Assembly (NCBI GenBank): GCA_003599755.1
Contig: QZJO01000011.1
Coordinates: forward strand, 66,424 to 130,423
Source of the DNA: Candidatus Parcubacteria bacterium
GTDB taxonomy: Bacteria > Patescibacteriota > Minisyncoccia > Sungbacterales > SURF-37
Length of the DNA stretch: 64,000 bases
Direction of reading: 5' to 3'
The stretch's first letter is position 1; every line of letters starts with the position of its first letter. This document shows, piece by piece, positions 9,232 to 19,156 of the stretch. The position numbers and the translations under genes were made by a program. The notes below the pieces were generated by a model. The model saw only the letters and a list, made by a program, of their open reading frames with translations. It was not told where the DNA came from and ran no database searches.

Positions 9232-10455
9232 TCAGGGGCGGATGCGAGCTGCGCCCGTGGCGTTCGTTACAACGGGAACTCCCGAGGCAGTCAAGTATTC
9301 CATCATTTGCCGGAATTTGTCGGGTGTCGTGCTATAGGTAGTACCCGAGTTGTTGACCTGATGGAAGACGAGGATCAGCCAGACCCCGTCCCGGCGTGCT
9401 TGATCGATCCATCCGCGTACTTCGGCGACCGTCGTGCCGACTCCCACGTTCTGGCGGCGCAGATTATACGGATCATCGCCGAAGCGCACGAATCCGTTCC
9501 AGGTGGAGCGGCCGGCGCTGTAGCCCGCGCTTTTGACCGCAGCGATGACTTCATCATCGAACGCGCCGAAAGGATACGATATCGTTGTGGCCTGAATGCC
9601 CATGGCCGCCAAATCCTCTTTGGATCCGGCTACTTCGGCCATGAGCGCGGATCCGGAAAGCGTGGTCAGATCGGCATGGGTGCGCGTATGCGAGCCGATC
9701 TCATGGCCGGCCGCATGCGCTTCCAGAATCTGACTCTCGGTCATGTAAGCGGGCCATCCGGTGCGCCGCGTGATGATGTTCATCGTCGTGCGAACGCCGT
9801 TTGCGGCCAAGATCGGGGCAATGGTCTGGTACGTATCCCGCCATCCGTCGTCGAAATTGACCGATACCATGCCGCTCATGGGCGGCGGCGCGGGCGCTGC
9901 TTCTTCGAGCACGTAGTTGTCTACGGTCAGCGAGCCCGTGCTCTTTATGAGATGAAATACCGTTAGCGCCACCGCGCCCGCAGGTGCGCTAAACGTTCCC
10001 GATGCGTTTCGCCAGGAGCCGCCGCTCGAGGGTAGGACGGCGATGTCTTTCCACGTATGCGTTCCGTTGGAGTGGCGGTATTGGACCGTGACGTAACTTT
10101 GGGTGTTGGATTGGTAATTATCCGTGAAGCTATAGGTCTTGCCGCTGGCGGTCGGGATTTCGGCGAAATACCATTTCGCATCCCCGCTCGAATAACTCGT
10201 AATGGCGACTGCAGCGGCTTTGGACGAATTGAAACCGGCGACCGGATACGTGAATGTCGCCTGGTTCGTTCCCCAGCGGCCGCGGGCCCAGGATGCCGGA
10301 TTGCCGCCTGAGCCGGCGGTCTCGAGCGACGGGTTTTGTACGAGATTGGCTGCCGCGGCCGATATCGGCGTCCAAACCGCGATCGCGGCGAATATGGCGA
10401 GCGCAAACCACGTCGCGGCGCGCGGTCGCGGTATACAGATGGATGCGGTATGCAT
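9232..10455 (-). CDS. Secreted polysaccharide deacetylase (CE4/NodB) with N-terminal CBM-like domain
   Basis: Signal peptide, NLVQNPSLE CBM-type start, NFDDG, HEIGSHTRTH, SYPFG, LVFHQV. Confidence 0.85.
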   Translation of the reverse strand: MHTASICIPRPRAATWFALAIFAAIAVWTPISAAAANLVQNPSLETAGSGGNPASWARGRWGTNQATFTYPVAGFNSSKAAAVAITSYSSGDAKWYFAEIPTASGKTYSFTDNYQSNTQSYVTVQYRHSNGTHTWKDIAVLPSSGGSWRNASGTFSAPAGAVALTVFHLIKSTGSLTVDNYVLEEAAPAPPPMSGMVSVNFDDGWRDTYQTIAPILAANGVRTTMNIITRRTGWPAYMTESQILEAHAAGHEIGSHTRTHADLTTLSGSALMAEVAGSKEDLAAMGIQATTISYPFGAFDDEVIAAVKSAGYSAGRSTWNGFVRFGDDPYNLRRQNVGVGTTVAEVRGWIDQARRDGVWLILVFHQVNNSGTTYSTTPDKFRQMMEYLTASGVPVVTNATGAARIRP

Positions 10456-10460
10456 AATAG

Positions 10461-11351
10461 TTAGTCGTTCGTGATGGTTAGAATACGGTATTCGTCGAAT
10501 TCGACATCGAGAAAATCGGTGCGAATGCCGCCGCGACCCGGTTCGGTGATGGCCGATCCGCCGACTCGCCCGTCGTCATGCGCTTCGGCCACGAGGCGCC
10601 AGGCGCCTTTCCGATTCCGATCGAAGAACATGCGTATGATGACGGTGCCGTCGGCCTGATCTTGCACTTCGCCGATCAGGCCGAACCATTGATCGCGCGG
10701 TATGAGCGTAGGGTTTTGTTCGCGGTCATACCGGCCGGCAAAGATGGGAGCGCTGGCAAGTTCATAGTAGGTGCCGTTGATTTTTTTCTTGATCGTCGCC
10801 TGCCCGTCTACGCGCAGGCCGACATAGTACAGCGTCTCCGAGTCCTGGTACCGGTGATAGAATCCCACTCCGTTGGATGCGTTCCGGTTGGGACTTTGAC
10901 TATGGTGTTCGCCGCGAATCCGGAAATACGCGATTTGACGTTCATTCCGCCAGCGGTCGCGGGTGAGCAGGCGGAGCAGATTCTGCGGGTGCGCGCCATC
11001 ATCGGTATCGACGGGGTTCGATGCGCGGTAGCGCGTCCGCCAGGACGATTCCTCGCCAAGGTCCCCCATCAGGCCTGCGGCCACGCCGCCGGCTATCGTG
11101 ACCGCGCCGCCCGAGTTAACCCACCAATACCGATCGGTCGATTCGTCCGGCGTCGCGGTTTCTTCGATCACGCGATCTTCGGCAAAGTGTTCATAGAGGG
11201 CTGGGGGCGGAACATCCAGCGATTCCATGGGTCGCTCGCCCGCCCCGATGATCACGGCCAATGCGATCAGCGCCGCTCCGAGCGCCCAGAGTTTGGATCG
11301 AAGCGAGTGAATCAGTTGGCTTGCGGCCTCGCGCAGCGCGGCAACGGTCAT
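10461..11351 (-). CDS. Membrane-anchored protein with one copy of the domain duplicated in 6916..8664
   Basis: TM then YWWVNSGG, DTDDGAHPQNLLRLL, NRNASNG, YYVGLRVDG, GGIRTDFLDVEFDEY; start re-assigned to 11351. Confidence 0.75.
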   Translation of the reverse strand: MTVAALREAASQLIHSLRSKLWALGAALIALAVIIGAGERPMESLDVPPPALYEHFAEDRVIEETATPDESTDRYWWVNSGGAVTIAGGVAAGLMGDLGEESSWRTRYRASNPVDTDDGAHPQNLLRLLTRDRWRNERQIAYFRIRGEHHSQSPNRNASNGVGFYHRYQDSETLYYVGLRVDGQATIKKKINGTYYELASAPIFAGRYDREQNPTLIPRDQWFGLIGEVQDQADGTVIIRMFFDRNRKGAWRLVAEAHDDGRVGGSAITEPGRGGIRTDFLDVEFDEYRILTITND

Positions 11352-11361
11352 AGCGAAACGG

Positions 11362-12951
11362 TCACGGAGCGGCGGCGGTTGCCGGCGAGAGCGGAATCGC
11401 TCGCACCTCGCGCAAGACCAGCTGGCTTGCGTCCGGGCGCGCATCCCAGCCCTTGATGCCCACGCCTCCGGAATCGAGCGCTCGTTCGAGAAACGGCGTC
11501 GCGACGATGACTTCGCCGTTGAGCAGGCATTCGACGCTCCGGCCCCGGACGCGGATGGCGACTTCGAAGTTTCGTTCCGGAAGACTGGCGGCACGTTCGA
11601 CGCCGCGGATGACGCGCAGATCCCCGAGGTATTTCTGCTCGACGTGGGCAACCTGCTGGCTGAAGTTGCACGCGACGAAATTGTCATCGTTCTTGAAGCG
11701 CCCCCAGAGGTAGATATTCCCGCCGGCAAGCCGATCGACCACGGCGGTGAACTGATAATCGCGCCACGCCCGCGTGCCATCCAACAGGGCCGCGCTGCCG
11801 GTATCGTTGGCGGTGGGATGGAGCGCGAGCATGCCGCCGCGATGCTCCAGTACGCCCCAGGTACGGATCCAACCCGTGTCGCGATCGAGCGTGTCGGTGA
11901 ACGGCAGGGGCTTGGCGAGCCCCGCGTCCAGGCGTTCCAGAAGTTCTTCGATCCCCCATTCCGCCCGCACCTCGATGCGCCGGATGAAAAAATGTTCGCT
12001 GGCGTTGCCGCCCGGGTGATAGTTTTGCGTGAAGCGGTTGTCGTCGGACTGCTGGTAAAAAGCCATTGCGTAGATGGACAAGGCGCTGCCGAGTACGATG
12101 TCGCGCGCTTCGGGGTGGTTGAACGTCGGTTCGCCGAAATTGCCAAACGGAAACGCGAAGCCGGTGACGCGGGTGCCGAGCGTATCTTCAAGATTGCGCT
12201 TCGACGATAGGAGATCCTCCAGTACGCGATTCATGAATTCATCATTCGTCTCGAGGCGCCCCGGGCCGGCAAGCCAGAGTTTATTCGAGAAAAAATGCCC
12301 CATGTTGCCCGCGTCATCCACCGGATAGAATTCGTGCGCGTTGTTGCCGTGCGAATGGACTTCCCAGCGGCCGCTTTGAATCATTTGCTTCAACTCCTCG
12401 CCGCTCAGATAGTATTTGCTATTTTGATTCAGCGAAAATTTCGTGATTGCGAACATGACCGCCCGATAATCCAGGGCCTTGAGTACCGGATCCACGGGGT
12501 AATAGCTGTCTTTGCGGCCGTCGTCGAATGTGAGCACGAACGATTTTTCCGGAGGCTTTTTTTCGCCGCGCAGAAATGCATAGAGTTCCGCCAGCGTGAC
12601 GGTCTCCCAGCCGGCCCGTTTGAGCGCGAACATTTGCTCCTTGAAGTGCTGGTTCGGCACGTTGATGCCGCCGGGCGCGGCAACCACGCCGTGGTACAAG
12701 AGCACCGGAATGGATTCTGCCGGCCGCGGCGGCGTGGTCGAGATCGCGCCGGCCGCGGCGCGCGACGCCTCGCCGCCGAACCGATATTCGATCGCATAGC
12801 GGATCGTGTCGGCCCAGATGCCGGCGTAGCGAAAACTCAGATACGGATTATCGCGGGCGAATGAGACGCCCGCGATAAGGCCGGCGGCTACCATCATGAT
12901 GATGCCGAAAAATACAATCTTTGACGTGGTCGGCGTGTGCGTACGGAGCAT
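11362..12951 (-). CDS. PgaB/IcaB-like polysaccharide deacetylase with C-terminal beta-sandwich domain
   Basis: N-terminal TM, IPVLLYHG, LTFDDG, WEVHSHG, FAFPFG; C-terminal DUF1080-like region (WRDY...GGVGI). Confidence 0.85.
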   Translation of the reverse strand: MLRTHTPTTSKIVFFGIIMMVAAGLIAGVSFARDNPYLSFRYAGIWADTIRYAIEYRFGGEASRAAAGAISTTPPRPAESIPVLLYHGVVAAPGGINVPNQHFKEQMFALKRAGWETVTLAELYAFLRGEKKPPEKSFVLTFDDGRKDSYYPVDPVLKALDYRAVMFAITKFSLNQNSKYYLSGEELKQMIQSGRWEVHSHGNNAHEFYPVDDAGNMGHFFSNKLWLAGPGRLETNDEFMNRVLEDLLSSKRNLEDTLGTRVTGFAFPFGNFGEPTFNHPEARDIVLGSALSIYAMAFYQQSDDNRFTQNYHPGGNASEHFFIRRIEVRAEWGIEELLERLDAGLAKPLPFTDTLDRDTGWIRTWGVLEHRGGMLALHPTANDTGSAALLDGTRAWRDYQFTAVVDRLAGGNIYLWGRFKNDDNFVACNFSQQVAHVEQKYLGDLRVIRGVERAASLPERNFEVAIRVRGRSVECLLNGEVIVATPFLERALDSGGVGIKGWDARPDASQLVLREVRAIPLSPATAAAP

Positions 12952-12956
12952 AGGGG

Positions 12957-14312
12957 TCAGCGCGTTCCCCATCCGCGGTCGCGGATGCGCAGCAGGGCAT
13001 AGAGGATCAGGAAGGAAAAGAAGAACGTGTTGAGCGCGCCCCAGAGATATAGGTACGGCCAGTAGCGGTTTTCTGGCGCCAGGATGCGGTAGTACAGGAC
13101 GACCAGCGACGTCATGAGGATGATGCCGAGGAAATAAAACAACGGCAGTATGCCGTACGCGAGCGGCGAAAAATAGAGCGCGCGGACCGCGACGAACGGC
13201 GTGGCAATGGTGATGACCAACAGCGGGATGAAATACGTCACGGTAAAGAACGGCTGCGTCCGGTACATGAAGCGCAGCGTGAAGAGCGAATTGATGATCC
13301 AAGATTTTTTCCAGCGGATTTGCTGGCGGACGAGCTGCCGGAAGCGTTCGGGCACGATCGTATAGGCGCGGGCGCGGTCGGTGTAGACGGTGCGGTAGTT
13401 TCGCTTCAGGACCCAGCTGGTCAGCGCGCGGTCATCGCCCCAGGTTACCGGCAGACCGAGGAAACGCTCGTTGAGCCAGTCGTCGAGGATCGGCATGACC
13501 GCGTTCTTGCGATACGCGGACGAGCAGCCGCTGCAGCAGAGTACCGTGAAAAGCGAGGATTCGGCCGCCTTGAGAATGCGGAACGACATGAAATAGTACG
13601 CCGCCTGCATGCGGGTGAGGATATTGTGATCGGCGTTGTGCGGGTCGGCGTGCGCACAGACCGCGCCGATGTCTTCGTGCTGAAACGGCGCGATAAGGTT
13701 TCGGAACGTGCGCGGGATGATGTAACTGTCCGAATCGAGCTGCACGACGATCTCGCCCCGCGCCCGGCGGAACCCTTCGGCCATGGCATGGCGTTTGCCA
13801 CGATTCTGTTTCCAATGGACGATGACAAGCCGCCGGCGATCGCGCTCGCCGAGTACCCGTTTCAATTCCGCAAGCATGTGCGCCGTGCCGTCGGTGCTAC
13901 CATCGTTGATGACGATGACTTCGAGTTTATCCTTGGGGTACTGCGCGCCGAGCGACTGCAGAACCGTACGCACGATTGCGCCTTCCTCGTTTTTGCACGG
14001 TATGACGATCGAAACCGTCGGTTCGTAGCGGCGGTCATCCGGTTCAATCACGCGGGCATTCGCGCGCCGGTAGAGCATTGCCGCGCCCACGCGCGAAAGC
14101 TGGAATGTGGTGATAAAGATCGTATAGCCGTAAAAGACCGGATGAGTGAAAAAGTCCGTCGCGGTTTTGGCCTTTACGAGAATAATGCCGACCAGTATGG
14201 TGGCGGTCAGAACCAGAATCGACGCGATTGAATTGCGGCGGGCCGTGGAGCCCGCCGCCGGCTTCGCGCGATATGCCGGGCGCTGTATCGTAATGGCAGA
14301 TGGATCGGTCAT
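12957..14312 (-). CDS. Processive GT2 synthase, hyaluronan synthase/NodC/IcaA-like
   Basis: Two N-terminal TMs, IPCKNE, NDGSTD, GKRHAM, LDSDS, CCSGCSSAYR, GDDRALT, QQIRWKKS, C-terminal TMs. Confidence 0.9.
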   Translation of the reverse strand: MTDPSAITIQRPAYRAKPAAGSTARRNSIASILVLTATILVGIILVKAKTATDFFTHPVFYGYTIFITTFQLSRVGAAMLYRRANARVIEPDDRRYEPTVSIVIPCKNEEGAIVRTVLQSLGAQYPKDKLEVIVINDGSTDGTAHMLAELKRVLGERDRRRLVIVHWKQNRGKRHAMAEGFRRARGEIVVQLDSDSYIIPRTFRNLIAPFQHEDIGAVCAHADPHNADHNILTRMQAAYYFMSFRILKAAESSLFTVLCCSGCSSAYRKNAVMPILDDWLNERFLGLPVTWGDDRALTSWVLKRNYRTVYTDRARAYTIVPERFRQLVRQQIRWKKSWIINSLFTLRFMYRTQPFFTVTYFIPLLVITIATPFVAVRALYFSPLAYGILPLFYFLGIILMTSLVVLYYRILAPENRYWPYLYLWGALNTFFFSFLILYALLRIRDRGWGTR

Positions 14313-14363
14313 GGGTACGTATGGGGTATGCGCATCGCATGGGAACGGAGCGCACGTGAAGCG

Positions 14364-15233
14364 TTACGTCGGCCGGGCGCCGAGCGCCGAAGGAATGGTT
14401 GAGACGGCCGGGCTCGGCTCGGCGACGCCGCCCGCGCGGAGTTCTTCATTGATCGCCAAGAGCGCGGCAAGCAGGGGTGAAGCGGTCAGATGCGCGAGCG
14501 CGGTCACGTCTTTGGGCAGGCATTTGCCGCCGAAGCCCCGATACCCTTTGTGCCAGATGATCGAATGGCTGTCCCCGATCCACGGATGCTGGACAAGTAC
14601 TTCTCGCACCGCTTCATAATCGGCACTGAGAAGCGCACAGGCGTTGTAGATCTCGTTGAAAAAGACGACTTTCGTCGCGAAAAAAGAATTCATGGCGTGT
14701 TTGAGCACCTCGGCATCGCGCGCGGACATAACGCGCCGTATCGGGGCATCGGGCAGCAGGGCGAACAAATCATCCCGCAGCGGATGAAACACGTCGGCCA
14801 GGCCGAGAATCTGGAACTGGGGTTTTGCGAAATCATCCCAGGCGGTCGCTTCGGTCAAAAACTCCGGGTTATAGCAGAACGTAAGGTCGCGATGCACTTC
14901 TTGGAAATAATCCGTGGTGCCGGGCGCGAAGGTGGATTTAATGATGACGACGGTTCCGGGCGCCATGCGCGTAAAATACGCGCTCATAATGCGGCGGTGC
15001 TCGGCGCTCGTGCAGTTGTCGGGAAAATTAACCGCGACGAAGATGATTTCCTGCGATACGGTTTCTTCGATCGAATCCCAATTCCCGGGCTTGATGTCAT
15101 ACCATTTGGCCTCTGGGTAATAGCGTTTCAGTATGTCGCCGACAAAACCCGCGCCGATGATGCCGATGTTCGCCGGCTTGGCGCTGCCGCGGGCGGGTCG
15201 GCTCGTGCGCGACGATGGTTGCGGGTGATGCAT
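14364..15233 (-). CDS. UDP-glucose/GDP-mannose dehydrogenase family protein (short form lacking the C-terminal domain)
   Basis: GIIGAGFVG, IKST, YNPEFL, KHAMNSFFATKV, GFGGKCLPKD. Confidence 0.85.
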   Translation of the reverse strand: MHHPQPSSRTSRPARGSAKPANIGIIGAGFVGDILKRYYPEAKWYDIKPGNWDSIEETVSQEIIFVAVNFPDNCTSAEHRRIMSAYFTRMAPGTVVIIKSTFAPGTTDYFQEVHRDLTFCYNPEFLTEATAWDDFAKPQFQILGLADVFHPLRDDLFALLPDAPIRRVMSARDAEVLKHAMNSFFATKVVFFNEIYNACALLSADYEAVREVLVQHPWIGDSHSIIWHKGYRGFGGKCLPKDVTALAHLTASPLLAALLAINEELRAGGVAEPSPAVSTIPSALGARPT

Positions 15234-15345
15234 AGGATTTCGGTTAAGCGGTGATTGCAGAATATGTGCGGTTTGAGGATAACCGCACGAACCGTTGCGA
15301 AGAGAACGGCGCCTGCGCGGCGCGTTGATGTTGAATAGATGGCTA

Positions 15346-15576
15346 CTAGGCCGCGATCGATGCCGCCTCCGGTTCGATCGAAGACACGTATGGCGCTCCC
15401 GGAACGCCGAGCCGCTGGCGGGACGGGCAGTAGTAGCTGTAGGCGATGAGCTTCGCGTTCGGGTAGCTTTGGCGGACCTTGTCCTCCCATGCGCGGTAGG
15501 TTTTCTCGACCACCGCTTGCGTGGGGCACTCGGCTACCTCCCAGATACCGTTCACCTGCATGATGAGAAGGAACAT
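15346..15576 (-). CDS. Small hypothetical protein
   Basis: AAAGGAG SD before MFLLIMQVNG. Confidence 0.45.
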   Translation of the reverse strand: MFLLIMQVNGIWEVAECPTQAVVEKTYRAWEDKVRQSYPNAKLIAYSYYCPSRQRLGVPGAPYVSSIEPEAASIAA

Positions 15577-15713
15577 TGATGCTCTCCTTTCTTTTCTTCT
15601 CTGCGCTACGACTGCACGCGGCAATGGAGCGGCCGCGTCATGGGTGAGACGAACGGTTTTTACGGCTCTTACACCGGATGCCGCAGGAATCGCGCGTCTG
15701 CGCGCGGGGAGAT

Positions 15714-16547
15714 TTATGACGTGGTTGCAGGCGGAGTAGTGGTAGCAGCCGGCGGCGTTGTGGTGGCACCGGATGGCGGGGCGGGCGGAGTTGTGGTTCC
15801 GCTCGCGGGTGGAGGTGCGGGCGGCGTAGTGGTTGCCGGAGGAGGAGCGGGGGCAGGTGCCGGAGCGGGCGCTGGCGTGCCGCCAGGACGGATTACCGCG
15901 AGTGAAGCGCCATAGATGGCGATCAATCGCTGCAGCGTGATATCGTCCACCGTGCCGCTCATGACAAGGCCATGGCGTCCCTGGAAGCGTTTAATTGCGG
16001 CTTCGGTCAATGGTCCGAAATAGCCCGTGATCAGACCCTCAGGGTAGATCGCGCGATCGGTGGCAAGAGCCGACTGCAGTGCGGTGACGCCGGCTCCCCG
16101 ATCGCCTCGATCGAGATATGCGCCCGTCGCACCCGGCTGTATGGCGTTGAGTTCAGCTATGATGGAGGAAAGCTGCGTGAGGGCATGAGCGGCAAATGCC
16201 GATTTTTCTTGGGGCGTAGTCGTAGCGGAAAACCGCGCAAGTTCGGCGGTCGTGCTTGCGACAAATGCGCTCGCTCGTTCGAGAACATCCTCGCGTCGGG
16301 CGATGGTAAGCTGATTCGTGATCGTGGCGAGCCGGTTCGCGGCGGCGGTCGCGATCGCGGTGCGTTCGGCCGGAGTCGAGGTGGCGGTGATGCGGGCGAT
16401 ATCCGATTGCACGGCAGCAAGATCGAGCGCGATCTGGCCGAGCAGCGCTTCGACGTGCGAAGCCGCGGCCGGAATGGCACCGGCAAGTATGGCGGCCAGG
16501 CCGATGCCTACGGCAATACTGCGGCGAGAATGAAGAAAGTTTTTCAT
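15714..16547 (-). CDS. Secreted peptidoglycan-binding (PG_binding_1) protein with Pro/Thr tail
   Basis: Signal peptide; LDRGDRGAGVTALQSAL...ITGYFGPLTEAAIKRFQ...G.V. Confidence 0.8.
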   Translation of the reverse strand: MKNFLHSRRSIAVGIGLAAILAGAIPAAASHVEALLGQIALDLAAVQSDIARITATSTPAERTAIATAAANRLATITNQLTIARREDVLERASAFVASTTAELARFSATTTPQEKSAFAAHALTQLSSIIAELNAIQPGATGAYLDRGDRGAGVTALQSALATDRAIYPEGLITGYFGPLTEAAIKRFQGRHGLVMSGTVDDITLQRLIAIYGASLAVIRPGGTPAPAPAPAPAPPPATTTPPAPPPASGTTTPPAPPSGATTTPPAATTTPPATTS

Positions 16548-16598
16548 AGGCGAGGTGTCCGGGATGACGGTTTTTCGCGGTAGCCATTACATGCGGGA

Positions 16599-16636
16599 AT
16601 GCAAAAACCGCCCGCCTCAACGGACGGTTTTTGCAT
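16599..16636. terminator. Intrinsic terminator hairpin
   Basis: GCAAAAACCG...CGGTTTTTGC; similar in sequence to the hairpin at 20633. Confidence 0.6.
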
Positions 16637-16649
16637 GCGAAAAGACGAA

Positions 16650-17930
16650 TCAGATCTTGGTGCGTACCATGGCCAGCACCGCGGCCGCAGACCATGCTTG
16701 CTGCCGGCAGCCGATCTGGCCGCTTGGCGAGCAGTACTCAAAATACGTCGTTTTATCGCGCATATAGAGTTCGATCGGACCGCCGAAGAATCGGATTGGC
16801 CGAAGCGAGGCGCGCTTGAGCCGCCGGGCTTGGGCGAAATAGCCGTAGTGCATGAGCCCTTCGAATATGAGGCCGTTGAGCATCGGCCAAAAACTGCCGT
16901 TGTGATACGAATCGCTGCCGGGATTGTACGTTGGCGAGCGCTTGGACATGGTGCGGATGCCGGCACGCGGGTCATACAGATCCCGGGCGAATGCGCGGCG
17001 TACGAAATCCGGCACATAGCGGTCATCCACGATCGAATGTACGCGCTCCTCTCGGTCCCGTTCAGCGGCCCAGAGGCAGATCAGCGGGTTCGCGGTGATG
17101 GTGCGGATTTGCCGCTTCTTGCCGTCCAGGGCCTGGGCGGCAAACCAGAGACCGTGCGTGCGAAATAAAAATTTCTCGTGGAATGCGGAACGAATGGCGT
17201 CGGCCTTGGCTCTCAGGCGGGCGGCAAAGTCCGGCGCCCGAGCGCTAAACTCGCCGGCCCACAATCGAAGCGCCAGCCACGCGAAGGCCTGTACTTCGAC
17301 CGGTGCGATCGGATATTCGGGCAGCATTCCGTCTGGCTGCAAGAGCGCCTCGCGCGAGTCGGTCCAAGAATGGATGGCGAGCCCGCCGAAGCGGCGGTCC
17401 GGCGGCGGCGCGTATTCTATGACGTGATCGTTGTCCGCGTCCGCATCGGTGAGCAACCAACGGAGCGCGGCCTCGGCGGCCGGCAGAACTTCGGCGAGAA
17501 ACTGATTGTCCCCGCTCGCTTGCCAATAGCGGTAGAACGCGATGAGGACGAGCGGCGTAGCGTCGATGGAATCGTAATTCCGAAGCGTCCCGTCCGGGTA
17601 TACGTACCATGGCCGCTCGCCGGTCGTGAGATGCTCGTGGCGATCGCGGCGAAATTCGTGGATGAATTTTCCCGGCTCCTCCCCGCTTTCCGGATTGCGT
17701 ACCCGGCCTTGCAGCTGAATCATGGCGCTCAGCGCTCGGCGCGACGTTGCCAATAGAAACGGATCCGGCCGCAGCGCGTAGGCAGCCAAGAGCTTCAGCA
17801 CGGTGACCGCGGTGTCCCGGCCGAAAATAGCGCCGAACGCCTCATGGCGGGCCGACGCCAAAATACCTTCCGGCGTCGCGAGCTCCGTAATCGTCGTATA
17901 CATCTTTCGTTCCAGCTCGCGCGCGGTCAT
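16650..17930 (-). CDS. Amylo-alpha-1,6-glucosidase / glycogen-debranching-like (alpha/alpha)6 hydrolase
   Basis: FGRD, EEPGKFIHE, DSIDATPL, WTDS, APVEVQ, GIRTM, YHNGSFWP, QAWSAA. Confidence 0.85.
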   Translation of the reverse strand: MTARELERKMYTTITELATPEGILASARHEAFGAIFGRDTAVTVLKLLAAYALRPDPFLLATSRRALSAMIQLQGRVRNPESGEEPGKFIHEFRRDRHEHLTTGERPWYVYPDGTLRNYDSIDATPLVLIAFYRYWQASGDNQFLAEVLPAAEAALRWLLTDADADNDHVIEYAPPPDRRFGGLAIHSWTDSREALLQPDGMLPEYPIAPVEVQAFAWLALRLWAGEFSARAPDFAARLRAKADAIRSAFHEKFLFRTHGLWFAAQALDGKKRQIRTITANPLICLWAAERDREERVHSIVDDRYVPDFVRRAFARDLYDPRAGIRTMSKRSPTYNPGSDSYHNGSFWPMLNGLIFEGLMHYGYFAQARRLKRASLRPIRFFGGPIELYMRDKTTYFEYCSPSGQIGCRQQAWSAAAVLAMVRTKI

Positions 17931-19021
17931 ATGCCAGGGCCTCCGGCCAATTGATAATACAGTCGCTCGTACCGTTCAACCATCACTTCGGCGTTGAAAT
18001 GGCGCAAGGCATGCCGCCGGCATTCGGCGCGGTTGATTTTACCTACGCGCGTCACCGCGTCGATCATGGCATCGATATTCGCCACGACATAGCCGGTGCG
18101 GCCGTGCGCAATAACTTCGCGCATCGAGCCGCGGTCGAATGCGATCACCGGCGTGCCGCATGCCATTGATTCAATGATGGTAAGGCCGAACGGTTCTTCC
18201 CACGTGATGGGATGCAGCATGGCGAGCGCCCGGCTCATCAGCCGGTTGCGCGCCGCTTCATCGACCTCGCCGATCCATTTGATCTGGTCGTTCGAGAGCT
18301 TAGGTCGAATATATTCGCGGTAGTAAGCAAGGTCAACCGTATCGAGCTTCGCCGCAATAATTAGCGGTATGTTCAAGTACTGGGCAACCTCGATAGCATG
18401 GTGCGTGCCCTTCTCCATCGAGATGCGGCCGACGAACAAGAGGTATCCGTCATGCGTCGGCGAAAACGGATACGACTCCATGGCGAGGCCGTTGTATACC
18501 GTGCCGATATGATTCGGCAGACTGTGGATATATGCGCCTTGGGAGCGGGAGATCGAGACGACGCGGGGGCGGTTCATGACCTGGTACATCCGCCGAATCA
18601 AGGTGGAAAACGGGCCATGATAAGTCGCGAGGACCGGCTTTCGGGAAAGATTCGCCGTCGGCAAACTGATATAGCCGATATGATCGTGGATCACGTCGAA
18701 CCGGCCGCCCATTTGATAGGCCGTGCCGATATTAAGCATGGTCCAGGAGTTCAAGCCGTAGATATCCGCGATGCGGGCCTCGCGCAGCGCCCGTGGGTAG
18801 ACGGAAACAAGCTTCGCGTCGGTGCGCGAATCGCCGCTGGCAAACAGGGTGACGGCGTGGCCGCGCCGAACCAGCCCTTCGGTAAGGGCGCTGACGACGC
18901 GTTCGGTTCCCCCGTACTTCTTGGGCGGTACGCTTTCGATCAGCGGTGCGATCTGGGCAATGCGGAGCGGCCTGCCTGCCGAATGGGCAGGCACTCCAGG
19001 GCGGCGGTCTTTGGGCGGCAT
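17927..19021 (-). CDS. Glycosyltransferase family 4
   Basis: IAQIAP...VPPKKYGGTERVV, GHAVTLFASGDS, GRISMEKG, EPFGLTIIESMACGTPV. Confidence 0.9.
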   Translation of the reverse strand: MPPKDRRPGVPAHSAGRPLRIAQIAPLIESVPPKKYGGTERVVSALTEGLVRRGHAVTLFASGDSRTDAKLVSVYPRALREARIADIYGLNSWTMLNIGTAYQMGGRFDVIHDHIGYISLPTANLSRKPVLATYHGPFSTLIRRMYQVMNRPRVVSISRSQGAYIHSLPNHIGTVYNGLAMESYPFSPTHDGYLLFVGRISMEKGTHHAIEVAQYLNIPLIIAAKLDTVDLAYYREYIRPKLSNDQIKWIGEVDEAARNRLMSRALAMLHPITWEEPFGLTIIESMACGTPVIAFDRGSMREVIAHGRTGYVVANIDAMIDAVTRVGKINRAECRRHALRHFNAEVMVERYERLYYQLAGGPGI

Positions 19022-19156
19022 GATGTACCGGTAACAAAAAACGGAATGGAGCTTTGTCATACATGACGGTGCGCGCCGCGCGCCATTACGCGCGTAGCGG
19101 GAATCAAAAACGCCGTCCCGGCGCATGGCAGGACGGCGTCGTTGCGGCAATGGCGA

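Noticed and set aside
11352-12191. N-terminal extensions in the ORF track (10461..12191, 11362..13302, 20687..22642, 23574..24887, 40060..42438) as fusions or frameshifts
   Set aside because: The extensions overlap upstream genes in another frame and read as low-information sequence; internal starts next to the upstream stops explain the genes.
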